Shown here piece by piece: positions 18,803 through 28,246 of a stretch of 64,000 nt of DNA. Each line of letters opens with the position of its first letter. Position 1 is the first letter of the stretch. Under the pieces are notes generated by a model. That model saw only the letters and a list, made by a program, of their open reading frames with translations. It did not search any database and was not told where the DNA came from. This stretch comes from Candidatus Latescibacterota bacterium (GTDB lineage Bacteria; Latescibacterota; UBA2968; UBA8231), in assembly GCA_965219385.1 (NCBI GenBank), contig CBDCNM010000002.1, positions 530,639 through 594,638 of the forward strand. Direction: 5' to 3'. A program made the translations under genes and the position numbers.

Positions 18803-19498
18803 ATGCCGCACCCACCCGATCCCCGGCTCATCAAGGAGCTGCGGCGCTACGACAGCGCCACCATCGCCAATGCCATCGAGCACTTCGAGGTCCGCGATCC
18901 GACCACGGGCTATGCCGACAACCGGCTGGTCTGCCAGATGCCCGAGATCCCCCACCCCATGGTCGGCTACGCCCTCACCGCCACGGCCGATACCACCACC
19001 CCCGGCGACCAACGGACCTCGCGGGTCGATGACTTGGTGGACCTGGTGCACGCCGCGGCCCAACCCTGCGTCGTCGCGGTCCAGCACGTGGGCCACCAGC
19101 GGGGCCGCTGCTGCCTCTTCGGCGATATGTTCTGCACCATCCTGCAGCAGCTGGACTGCGTCGGCCTGGTCACCGACGCCAACGGCCGCGACCGCTCCGG
19201 CATCCGCCAGCGCACTCCGGACTTCCACGTCTTTTCGAGCGGCTGGGTGGTCTCGCACGGGTACCCGGCCTACATCGACTTCAACACCACGGTGTCGATC
19301 CGCGGCCTGACCATCGCACCGGGGGATTTGTTGCACGGGGACGAAAGCGGCCTGGTCTCGATTCCCCCCTCCATCGCCGCCGACCTGCCCAGGCGCGCCG
19401 AAGGGGTGCGCCGGGAAGAGGCCGAGTACTTCGATTTCCTGCAAAACGAGCGTTTCTCCATGGAAGAGTTGCGCCGCCGCATCGTGCCGCACGAGTAA
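18803..19498 (+). CDS. RraA-like / HMG aldolase family protein
   Basis: DSATIANAIE, MVGYALT, FGDMF, GLVTDANGRD, IAPGDLLHGDESGLVSIP. Confidence 0.85.
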   Translation: MPHPPDPRLIKELRRYDSATIANAIEHFEVRDPTTGYADNRLVCQMPEIPHPMVGYALTATADTTTPGDQRTSRVDDLVDLVHAAAQPCVVAVQHVGHQRGRCCLFGDMFCTILQQLDCVGLVTDANGRDRSGIRQRTPDFHVFSSGWVVSHGYPAYIDFNTTVSIRGLTIAPGDLLHGDESGLVSIPPSIAADLPRRAEGVRREEAEYFDFLQNERFSMEELRRRIVPHE

Positions 19499-19518
19499 CC
19501 CGGAGAGGAACGCTAAGA

Positions 19519-20331
19519 ATGAAAACCGAACTGACAACCCGGCAAATCGAGACCTACCAGCGCGACGGCTGCCTCCTGGTCGAAGACTTCCTCACCCCGA
19601 ACGAACTGGCGGAATTGGACACCGCTGTCACCCGGAGCGTGGAGCAGATGGGCGAGCACAAGATCACCGGCGAATCAAACCAGCACATCGTCGACCGGAA
19701 GGGTACTTACTACGACCGGGTCTTTCTGCAGCGCCTGAACCTGTGGCGCATCAACCACACCGTCAAAAGCTGCGTGCTCAATCCCGAACTGGGCCAGATG
19801 CTCTGCGCCCTGGAGGGCATCGACGGCATCCGGGTGTGGCACGATCAGACCCTGCAGAAGATGCCCTGGGACAACCCCACCTCCTGGCACCTGGACTGCC
19901 CCAACTGGTCCTTTCATTCGCGCCACGCCATCTCCATCTGGATCGCCCTGGACGATGCCACCCTGCAGAATGGGTGCATGTACTACATGCCCGGCTTGCA
20001 CAAGGTGGCACAGTTTGACAAAAAGGGCGACTTTTCGCCGGACATAGCCGTCCTTTTCGACGAGTACCCGGAGTTCAAAGAGGTGGAGCCGGTGCCGGGC
20101 GTGATGAAGGCCGGCTCGGCCGGCTTCCACAACGGCCTCACCGCCCACGCCGCCGGTCCCAACATGACCCCCTACCCGCGGCGGGCCATGACCTGCGCCT
20201 ACATGCCGGACGGTGCAAAATTCAACGGCATCCAGAACATCCTCTCCGACGAACAGATCGCAAAGCTCGAAATCGGCGAGGTGCTCGACGACGAGAATCA
20301 GACCCCGCTGGTCTGGTCCAAGCAGGCGTAA
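19519..20331 (+). CDS. Phytanoyl-CoA dioxygenase (PhyH) family Fe(II)/2-oxoglutarate dioxygenase
   Basis: WHLD (HxD), WIALDDATLQNGC, HNGLTAHAAGPN, RRA. Confidence 0.9.
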   Translation: MKTELTTRQIETYQRDGCLLVEDFLTPNELAELDTAVTRSVEQMGEHKITGESNQHIVDRKGTYYDRVFLQRLNLWRINHTVKSCVLNPELGQMLCALEGIDGIRVWHDQTLQKMPWDNPTSWHLDCPNWSFHSRHAISIWIALDDATLQNGCMYYMPGLHKVAQFDKKGDFSPDIAVLFDEYPEFKEVEPVPGVMKAGSAGFHNGLTAHAAGPNMTPYPRRAMTCAYMPDGAKFNGIQNILSDEQIAKLEIGEVLDDENQTPLVWSKQA

Positions 20332-20416
20332 AGAGGCCGTCCGCGATTCCTGGCCGGCTCATTGTGGAATCCACAGCGTGGGATTATCATTAAGATCCTG
20401 CTCAAGGAGGGCGCAC

Positions 20417-21532
20417 ATGACCAGCAGAGAAGCCGGACTGACCTACGAAACCGCCGGCGTGGAAACCACCGGCGCCGCAACCGCTTTGGGACAATTGCTC
20501 AAGTGGATCGGCAAAGCCTCCCACGCGCCGCGCCAGGAAGGCATCGGTGCCCCGGTCCTGGAGTCGGGTTTTTATGCTTCGGTGCTCAATATCGGCCACA
20601 ACCTCGGCCTGGCCCTGAGCACGGACGGGGTCGGCACCAAGCTGATCATCGCCCAGATGATGGACAAGTACGACACCGTGGGCATCGACTGCGTGGCCAT
20701 GAACGTGAACGACCTGATCTGCGTCGGCGCCGAACCCATCTCCATGCTCGACTATATTGCGGTGGAGAAGGCCGACCCGGATGTCTTCGGGGAAATCGGC
20801 AAGGGGCTCTACGAGGGGGCCCGGCAGGCCAACATCGCCATTTCCGGGGGCGAAATATCACAGATCGGGGAAATGCTGCAGGGCTACCGGCAAGGATCGG
20901 GGTTCGATCTCATCGGCATGGGGGTCGGCCTCGTGCCCCTCGACCGCATCCTGGTGGGGCAGGATATCGACGACGACGATGTGGTCGTCGGCCTGCGCAG
21001 CAATGGGGTGCACAGCAATGGCCACACCCTGGCCCGCCGGGTCTTCTTCGATACCCTGGGATACAGCCCGGACCACTACGTGCCGGAGCTGGGGCGCACC
21101 ATCGGCGAAGAATTGTTGCGCCCGACCCATATTTACGTGCGTCCGGCCATGGAGATGCTGCACTCCAGGGCCCGGGTAAAAGCCCTCATCAACATCACCA
21201 GCGATGGTCTCCTGAACCTGAACCGGGTGCGCTCCAGCACGGGGTATTTGATCGACTACCTGCCGGAATCCGATCCGGTATTTCACCTCCTTCAGGAAGG
21301 GGGCCGCATCAGCGACGAGGAGATGTTTCTGGTCTACAATATGGGGATTGGGTTCTGCGTCATTGCACCGCAGGAGGACGCCGGGCTGGTCCAGGAGATT
21401 GCGCAGCGGAACGGGTTCGCAAGCGATATAATCGGCCGTCCGGTGAGCGCGCTCGAGCAAAGGGTGATGATAGAGCCCAAGCAGCTTGTGGGCGAAGGAG
21501 ACTGTTTTAGACCGGCCCATACCGCGGATTGA
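20417..21532 (+). CDS. purM: Phosphoribosylformylglycinamidine cyclo-ligase (AIR synthetase)
   Basis: TYETAGV, STDGVGTK, GIDCVAMNVND, SNGVHSNG, LLRPTHIY, YNMGIG; AAGGAGG RBS. Confidence 0.88.
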   Translation: MTSREAGLTYETAGVETTGAATALGQLLKWIGKASHAPRQEGIGAPVLESGFYASVLNIGHNLGLALSTDGVGTKLIIAQMMDKYDTVGIDCVAMNVNDLICVGAEPISMLDYIAVEKADPDVFGEIGKGLYEGARQANIAISGGEISQIGEMLQGYRQGSGFDLIGMGVGLVPLDRILVGQDIDDDDVVVGLRSNGVHSNGHTLARRVFFDTLGYSPDHYVPELGRTIGEELLRPTHIYVRPAMEMLHSRARVKALINITSDGLLNLNRVRSSTGYLIDYLPESDPVFHLLQEGGRISDEEMFLVYNMGIGFCVIAPQEDAGLVQEIAQRNGFASDIIGRPVSALEQRVMIEPKQLVGEGDCFRPAHTAD

Positions 21533-21557
21533 CCGGTCGAAATGTCGGGAGTCTTCG

Positions 21558-21626
21558 ATGGCTGACCCTGCTTATCGAATCATCTACAACTGGGATGGCG
21601 CGCCGCACCACTACGACGAGTACCCG
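21558..21626 (+). pseudogene. Short N-terminal remnant of a hypothetical (GH-like TIM-barrel) protein
   Basis: GGAG RBS plus MADPAYRIIYNWDGAPHHYDEYP, then an abrupt change to non-coding-like AT-rich sequence. Confidence 0.3.
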
Positions 21627-22126
21627 GGCACAATCTGGCGGATTTTACCCATCCACCCCAGTTGGCCAGTTGGCTCCACCCAAGCTACAAAGAAACTCGC
21701 CGACCCCCAATGAGCTGGAAGATCCAGACGCGATGGAAGGGCGGATGAACAACCACTACCCCCTGAATTGTTCTAAGATTATCACAAAATTGTGATTTTA
21801 TATACTTAGAGAAACAAAACTGTGATTTTTCTTGCTGGTCTATCTTCCGGGATTTACCCCAGGTAGATTCATGAGATTCTGGGTATGTGTCGGGTTAAAT
21901 ATCTGTTTTTTATCGAATTACAACCTATTCCCCCAATGCGTAAACCCTCTAAATCCCGGAAGATATCACCGGAGCCGTTCCAAGGTATGGAAGTTGCTGA
22001 ATTTAAGGAAAACCCTAACTGCAAAGACCCACCTGAACAAGGATTTTCTCCCTTTGCACGATTCTGTCGACCCAGACAGAGCACCCTCAGGGAAAAGACC
22101 CTCCTGCTCGACGAAAACCAGCATTA

Positions 22127-22178
22127 AAATCAACAAAAATGTGTGGCTATTTTGGATTACTCACATTTTTGTTGATTT
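22127..22178. promoter_or_regulatory. Perfect 17-bp inverted repeat, candidate enhancer-binding-protein site
   Basis: AAATCAACAAAAATGTG-N18-CACATTTTTGTTGATTT, 85-135 bp upstream of the -24/-12 motif. Confidence 0.65.
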
Positions 22179-22262
22179 CTCTTTGTTTTTTTATTTTTAG
22201 TAAAGTACACTAATTCTTTATTTATCAGCATCTTATGAATATTTTGCCACATTCGTCATCCT

Positions 22263-22279
22263 TTGGCATTCTCCTTGCT
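22263..22279 (+). promoter_or_regulatory. Sigma-54 (-24/-12) promoter of amtB-glnK
   Basis: TTGGCATTCTCCTTGCT = GG-N10-GC, about 70 bp before the amtB ATG. Confidence 0.75.
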
Positions 22280-22351
22280 TTACCCTTAGCACGCTCAGGC
22301 TGCCATTCTGATATCCCCAACCCCCACAACCAATTGGAGGGAACGCACATC

Positions 22352-23698
22352 ATGTCTAAATTGTGGAAAGGACCGGTCGCCGTACCGATTCTGTTTGCGC
22401 TGATGCTCATTTCCGCTACCAGAGTCCTGGCAGCGGAAATAACCTCGATAGAGGCCTTTCAGCAAATGCCCATTGCCTATCCCAAATTCATGATAGACAA
22501 TCTGTGGCTGTTGATGGCCGCGGCCCTGGTCTTTATCATGCACCTCGGCTTTGCCACCCTGGAATCGGGGCTCACCCGCCAGAAGAACACCGCCAATATC
22601 CTGTTCAAGAACCTATTCATCATTTCGGTCGGTCTGATCACCTATGCCCTCACCGGCTTCAACACCATGTACCCGGGTGACTTCAACGGCTTCCTGTCCA
22701 TTGGCGGGCCCATCGGTTTTGCCGCCTCCGACAAGGTCGCCAAGGTCACGGCCGCCTATGCCGACTATACCTACTGGTCGGACTTCATTTTTCAGGCCAT
22801 GTTCGCCGCCACTGCCGCGACCATCGTATCGGGAGCGGTAGCCGAGCGCGTGAAGCTTTCGAGTTTCATGATTTTCACCACTTTGCTGGTGGCCTTCTGC
22901 TACCCGATTTCCGGTTCCTGGAAGTGGGGCGGCGGCTGGTTGGATCAGATGGGCTTTTACGACTTTGCCGGTTCCACCCTGGTCCACGCCTTCGGCGGTT
23001 TTTCCGCCCTGGCCTTTGTCCTTTTCCTCGGCGCCCGTCGCGGCAAGTACACCCCCGATGGCATTAAACCCATCCTCGGCCACAGCATGCCCCTGGCCAC
23101 CATCGGGGTTTTCATGCTGTGGCTCGGCTGGTTCGGCTTCAACGGTGGTTCGGTGTTGAGCGCGGATCCGGAACTGGTTTCCCTGGTATTCGTCACCACC
23201 TGCCTGGCCGCAGCAGCGGGTTGCCTCGCCGCCATGTTTACCTCGCAGATATACCTCAAAAAACCCGACATATCCATGGCCCTGAACGGCATCCTCGCCG
23301 GCCTGGTAGGCATCACCGCAGGGGCTGATACCGTCTCCTGGATAAGCGCCGTAGTAATTGGTGTTATCGCCGGAGTCATCGTGGTCTTTGCCATTGTTTT
23401 AATCGACCGAATCAAGATAGACGACCCCGTCGGCGCCATTTCGGTGCACGGCATTTGCGGCGTGTGGGGCACCATTGCCGTCGGCCTGTTCAGCGCCAAC
23501 CCCGACCACACCGTAGGCACCCAGGTCATCGGCACCCTCTCCATCAGTCTGTTTGCCTTTGTAGCAGCCTCGATCCTCGCCCTGGCCCTGAAAGCCCTCA
23601 TGGGTATCCGGGTCGACGAAGAAGCCGAGGAAACCGGCCTGGATATCGTTGAACACGGCCAGCCTTCCTACGCCGATTTCCAACCTGTGGTAAATTGA
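22352..23698 (+). CDS. amtB: Ammonium transporter
   Basis: FQAMFAATAATIVSGAVAER, DFAGSTLVH, LWLGWFGFNGGS, DDPVGAISVHG. Confidence 0.95.
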   Translation: MSKLWKGPVAVPILFALMLISATRVLAAEITSIEAFQQMPIAYPKFMIDNLWLLMAAALVFIMHLGFATLESGLTRQKNTANILFKNLFIISVGLITYALTGFNTMYPGDFNGFLSIGGPIGFAASDKVAKVTAAYADYTYWSDFIFQAMFAATAATIVSGAVAERVKLSSFMIFTTLLVAFCYPISGSWKWGGGWLDQMGFYDFAGSTLVHAFGGFSALAFVLFLGARRGKYTPDGIKPILGHSMPLATIGVFMLWLGWFGFNGGSVLSADPELVSLVFVTTCLAAAAGCLAAMFTSQIYLKKPDISMALNGILAGLVGITAGADTVSWISAVVIGVIAGVIVVFAIVLIDRIKIDDPVGAISVHGICGVWGTIAVGLFSANPDHTVGTQVIGTLSISLFAFVAASILALALKALMGIRVDEEAEETGLDIVEHGQPSYADFQPVVN

Positions 23699-23721
23699 GA
23701 AGCCAGAACGGAGGATTATTA

Positions 23722-24060
23722 ATGTACAAAATCGAAACCTTTTTGCGTCCAGCCGCACTCGGCAAAGTGCAGGAAGCCCTCGCCGGCATCGGCATCGCCG
23801 GCATGTCCGTGATCGAGGTCCGCGGCTTCGGGCGCCAGCGCGGGCACCGCGAAGTCTACCGGGGAGCCGAGTACACGGTCGACTTTGTACCTAAAATCAA
23901 GGTCGAGATCGCGGTCCGGGAAGAGGTCCGGGATCAGGCCATAGAAGCGGTGGTCAAAGCCGCCAAGACCGGGAAGGTGGGGGATGGCAAGGTTTTTGTC
24001 GTTCCCATGATCGAGGCCGTGCGCATCCGCACCGGCGAGACCGGCGAAAGCGCTCTGTGA
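23722..24060 (+). CDS. glnK: P-II nitrogen regulatory protein
   Basis: GFGRQRGHREVYRGAEYTVDFVPK (T-loop Tyr51), TGKVGDGKVF, RIRTGE; 112 aa, follows amtB. Confidence 0.93.
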   Translation: MYKIETFLRPAALGKVQEALAGIGIAGMSVIEVRGFGRQRGHREVYRGAEYTVDFVPKIKVEIAVREEVRDQAIEAVVKAAKTGKVGDGKVFVVPMIEAVRIRTGETGESAL

Positions 24061-24100
24061 GCAAAGCCTGGTTTTTTCAGGCATGACATGACAGGCATAA

Positions 24101-26296
24101 TCAGTACTTCACGAAACCCTGTGCGGCCTTGACCTCTCTCCGGCGCGCGTGCAGCACGTTCTCGGTATAGCCGTTGAGCTCCTCCCGGCCCTGGAAGACC
24201 AGATCCAGTGCGGCCTGAAACTCGATGCTTTCAGCAAAATCGGGCGCCATGTTCTCATAGTTCGGATCGTCGCTGTTCTGCCGGTCCACGACCGCGGCCA
24301 TGCGCTCGAAAGTCGCTTTTACCTGCGCCTCGCTCACCAGCCCGTGGTAGAGCCAGTTGGCGATGTGCTGGCTCGATATCCGCAGGGTGGCCCGGTCTTC
24401 CATCAGGGCGACATCGCGGATATCCGGCACCTTTGAACAGCCGATCCCCTGGCCCACCCAGCGCACCACGTACCCCAGGATGCCCTGGGCATTGTTGTCC
24501 AGTTCCTGCTGGATCTCCTCCGGGCTCAGCTCCCTGTCCAACAGCGGCGGCGTCAGGATGTCCTTTAGGGAGGCGCGTCCCCTGGCGGACAGTTCGGCCT
24601 GCCGCTGCACCACACTCACCTGGTGGTAGTGCATGGCGTGGAGGGCCGCGGCCGTGGGCGAGGGGACCCAGGCGGTGCTGGCACCGGCCCGGGGATGGGC
24701 GATCTTGGTCTCCACCATTTCGCCCATGGCATCCGGCATGGTCCACATCCCCTTGCCGATCTGCGCCTTGCCCACCAGTCCTGTTTCAATCCCAACGTCC
24801 ACGTTCCAATCCTCGTAGGCATTGATCCACGGCTGGGTCTTGGTCTCCATCTTGGGCAGCATGGGGCCCGCTTCCATGCTGGTGTGGATCTCGTCCCCCG
24901 TCCGGTCGAGGAAACCCGTGTTTATGAAAACCACGCGCTCCCGGGCCGTGCGCACCGCTTCCTTCAGGTTGACGGTGGTGCGCCGCTCCTCGTCCATAAT
25001 GCCGATCTTGAGGGTGTTGCGCTCGAGCCCCAGGGCCTGCTCTACCCTGGCGAACAACTCCACCGTGGCCGCGGCTTCTTCCAGCCCATGCAGCTTGGGC
25101 TTCACGATGTAGATGCTGCCGGTCTTGCTGTTGGTGTACTTCCCGTTGCCTTTGAGATCGTGGATGGCGGCCAGGGTCGTGACCATGGCGTCGAGGAACC
25201 CTTCGGGAATCTGCGCGCCGTCCGCCGTGGTTACGGCATCGGTGTAGATGTGAATCCCCACATTGCGGATCAGCAGCAGGCTCCTGCCCGGCAGGGCCAG
25301 GGACTCGCCGTCGGGCGCGGTGTATTGCCGATCCGGCTCAAGCCGGCGGACCAGGGTCTGGCCGCCCTTTTCGAGGGTGGTTTCAAGGGTGCCCTTCATG
25401 ATGCCGTTCCAGTTGCCGTAGACCCTTGCCTTGTCCTTGGCATCCACGGCGGCGACCGAATCTTCACAGTCCTGAATGGTGGTGACGGCCGCTTCCACCA
25501 CCACATCCTTCACCCCTGCCGGATGCTCTTTGCCGATCGGGTGTTCCGGGTCGATCTGGATCTCTAGGTGCAAGCCGTTGTTGCGCAGCAAAACAGCGCT
25601 GAGGGTTCCCTGATCTTCACTGTAGCCGGCGAATTTGTCGGGCGCTGCCAGGCCGACCTGGTGGCCGTCCCTCAGGGTGGCGACCAGGCGCTTGCGCCCG
25701 TCGGCCTGTTCGAGTGCAAACCGTGCGACCTCGGAAAACTTGCCCTCTGTCAGGCCGACCCATTCGTCCAGCAAAGCTTCGACGTAGCCGATGACCTGGG
25801 CGCCGCGCCCGGGATCGTAGCCCCCGCCCTGCCTCCCTCCATCTTCTGGTGGAATCACATCCGTGCCGTAGAGCGCGTCGTACAGGCTCACCCAGCGGGC
25901 ATTGGCGGCATTGAGGGCATAGCGGGCGTTGTCCACCGGTACCACCAGCTGCGGGCCGGCAATCTGGACTATTTCGGGGTCCACGTTTTCCGGCGTCACC
26001 CGAAAATCCCCGCCCTCGGCGACCAGGTAGCCTGTTTCCGTCAGAAAGGCCCTGTAGGCCTCCGGGTCGATGGGCCGCCCTTTGCGCGCCAGGTGCCAGG
26101 CGTCGATTTCCTTTTGCACCGCATCCCGCTTCTTTAGAAGCGCCCGATTTCCGGGCTCCAAATCCGCGACGATCTGGCCCAGCCTCGTCCAGAAATCATC
26201 CACCTCCACCCCGGTGCCGGGCGCGATTTCATCCTGCACCAGGTTGTACAAAGTCTCGTCGACTTTCAGTCCGCCTACTGCAACTGTGCCGGCCAT
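24101..26296 (-). CDS. glcB: Malate synthase G
   Basis: [73 protein letters not shown]. Confidence 0.95.
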   Translation of the reverse strand: MAGTVAVGGLKVDETLYNLVQDEIAPGTGVEVDDFWTRLGQIVADLEPGNRALLKKRDAVQKEIDAWHLARKGRPIDPEAYRAFLTETGYLVAEGGDFRVTPENVDPEIVQIAGPQLVVPVDNARYALNAANARWVSLYDALYGTDVIPPEDGGRQGGGYDPGRGAQVIGYVEALLDEWVGLTEGKFSEVARFALEQADGRKRLVATLRDGHQVGLAAPDKFAGYSEDQGTLSAVLLRNNGLHLEIQIDPEHPIGKEHPAGVKDVVVEAAVTTIQDCEDSVAAVDAKDKARVYGNWNGIMKGTLETTLEKGGQTLVRRLEPDRQYTAPDGESLALPGRSLLLIRNVGIHIYTDAVTTADGAQIPEGFLDAMVTTLAAIHDLKGNGKYTNSKTGSIYIVKPKLHGLEEAAATVELFARVEQALGLERNTLKIGIMDEERRTTVNLKEAVRTARERVVFINTGFLDRTGDEIHTSMEAGPMLPKMETKTQPWINAYEDWNVDVGIETGLVGKAQIGKGMWTMPDAMGEMVETKIAHPRAGASTAWVPSPTAAALHAMHYHQVSVVQRQAELSARGRASLKDILTPPLLDRELSPEEIQQELDNNAQGILGYVVRWVGQGIGCSKVPDIRDVALMEDRATLRISSQHIANWLYHGLVSEAQVKATFERMAAVVDRQNSDDPNYENMAPDFAESIEFQAALDLVFQGREELNGYTENVLHARRREVKAAQGFVKY

Positions 26297-26469
26297 GATA
26301 GCTTTCCCTTTTTGTAAGCGCGAAGTGCTGTCTGTGTGCTCTGAAAAATACCCGATCCATTCCACCGATGCAATGGGCATCTCCCCACCCTCTTGAAACA
26401 GGTCGAATTGAGGATTATAATCAGTAGACCATCCCCTTGCGACCAACCCTGGCCAAAAAACAGCCGAAT

Positions 26470-27564
26470 ATGACCTCCAAATACCGCTGCGGCGTAATCG
26501 GATTGGGCTGGATGGGCCTGCTTTCCGATCTGGGGCAGCGTCCCCGGGAACGCTACGACATCGACGACATCGACCGCCCCACTCCCGAACTGGACATCCA
26601 CCGCCGTTTCCACTTCCACCAGGGCCATGTGCCGCATTCCTGGGCCGAGGCCATGTGGGACCGGCCGGACGTGGAACTGGTGGCCGGCGCCGAACGCGAT
26701 CCAAAACGACTGCGGGCCTTTGGAGAGCGCTACGGCATCCAGGCGCTCTACCCGGATCCCACTCAGATGCTGCGTCGGGAAGCCCTGGACATCGTGGCCA
26801 TTGCCACCAACACCAAAGGCCGCGCCGACCTGACCTGTGAGGCGGTGGAGTGCGGGGTCCGCGGGATCGGCACGGAAAAACCCATGGCGCACACCCTGGC
26901 CGAAGCCGACCGCATGGTCGGGGTCTGCGCCGCTGCTGCCGTGCCCCTGGGTTGCGGCGCCATTCCAGTGAACCACCCTTCTTATGCAAAAGCAAAGGAG
27001 TTGCTCGCGGGTGGGATCATAGGGGACCTCCTCTCGGTCGAGGCGGAGGCGCCCTGTGCCCAAAAGCAGCACTGGTCCTACTTTGTCGACAGCGCTCCCG
27101 CCTGGGTCGTCGGCGTCGGCGCTACCGGCCGGCGCGAAACGGACAGCGATGAGTTTGCGGGACAGGGTTTGATGGTCACCACCGAGGATCTGTGCGTCTT
27201 TTTTAAAAAGGGCGCGGGGCTGGTGCACCTGACCGGCAGCAGCGGCGAAATAAGCCTCGGCCGGGGGTTTTCCGGTGGCTGGAGGCTGTGGCAGGACGTG
27301 GATACGCCGGCAGGACGCCGACGCCTGGAAACGCCGTGGCCCGAGCCGCAATTGCAGGGCGGCTACAACGCGGTCTTCGGCCTGGCCGATATCATCGACT
27401 GCCTCAAAGGCCGCCTCGATGAACCCAAGTGCTCGGGCCGCCGGGTGGCCGCGGCCCTGGAAGTGGAAATCGGCCTCAAGCAATCTTCGGCTCAGGGAGG
27501 CATGCGGGTCGACCTGCCGCTGGCGGATCGGTCCCTGGGCCTGCACTACGACTGGTTCAGATAA
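26470..27564 (+). CDS. Gfo/Idh/MocA family oxidoreductase
   Basis: GVIGLGWMG Rossmann motif, [13 protein letters not shown]. Confidence 0.85.
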   Translation: MTSKYRCGVIGLGWMGLLSDLGQRPRERYDIDDIDRPTPELDIHRRFHFHQGHVPHSWAEAMWDRPDVELVAGAERDPKRLRAFGERYGIQALYPDPTQMLRREALDIVAIATNTKGRADLTCEAVECGVRGIGTEKPMAHTLAEADRMVGVCAAAAVPLGCGAIPVNHPSYAKAKELLAGGIIGDLLSVEAEAPCAQKQHWSYFVDSAPAWVVGVGATGRRETDSDEFAGQGLMVTTEDLCVFFKKGAGLVHLTGSSGEISLGRGFSGGWRLWQDVDTPAGRRRLETPWPEPQLQGGYNAVFGLADIIDCLKGRLDEPKCSGRRVAAALEVEIGLKQSSAQGGMRVDLPLADRSLGLHYDWFR

Positions 27565-27669
27565 ACTGATAGCACCACGCCGAATTGCCGGCCCCACCCC
27601 CAACCCCTCGAAACTGCCCGGGCCTGGGTCCCAAGCTGGCCCTGAGCGGCAATCCGTAGACTGAGAAGC

Positions 27670-28140
27670 GGCATGGACAATCAGCACTTTTGCCGTAGCC
27701 CTCGGCCGCAACGGTTGAGTTGAGCTGGTCGTCGGACGCTGTATCCACCACCTGCACCTCGACGCGCAAGACCCCTTTGGGCCAGGCACAGCAGTTGACC
27801 AAGAGCCGCGTCCCAGGGCAGCGAAACGGGCGCGTGAGGACCTCGCTCGTCGGCGCCGAAAATCACCCGCGATTGGATCCACTGCACCAGGTCCTCCGAC
27901 AGGCTGACCGCGCAGCGCCGCTTGACCGGTCCGGCCCAGTTGTTGGGGCGCACAAAGCACATGTAGCGGCCCAGCCCTGGATTCCAGTGGATATTGTTGG
28001 GGGTATCCGAGTGCCCCGCGATCAGCAGGTAGCGGTCTGGATGGGGCCGCCCAGCGGATCCCATCCTCGCTGACGATGTGGCAGATGCCGCCCTTGACCC
28101 GCAGGCTGAAGCCGCCGCGCCCGGGTTCGATGGGCGCATC
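27670..28140 (-). pseudogene. Degraded five-bladed beta-propeller glycosidase-like gene
   Basis: Fragments in different frames: GICHIVSEDGIRW, HSDTPNNIHWNPGLGRYMCFVRP...SLSEDLVQW, LVNC...GVLRVEV. Confidence 0.45.
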
Positions 28141-28246
28141 CGCTCAAGGAGCCGATGCCTGAGGCGGCGCGCGATCCGTGGGTTTCAGCAGGGCCCGGCC
28201 GACCCACCCGGCGGCGGCCGGGCCCGCCCCGCTCAGATCGGCGTCT

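Noticed and set aside
21832..22200. Small ORFs in the amtB upstream region
   Set aside because: Atypical composition, no recognisable motif, and overlap with likely regulatory elements
24066..24082. GCCTG-N7-CAGGC hairpin between convergent glnK and glcB
   Set aside because: Only a 5-bp stem and no proper U-tract, too weak to call a terminator
26296..26995. N-terminal extension of the 964-aa malate synthase ORF
   Set aside because: It overlaps the divergent oxidoreductase; GlcB similarity and the RBS point to the ATG at 26296
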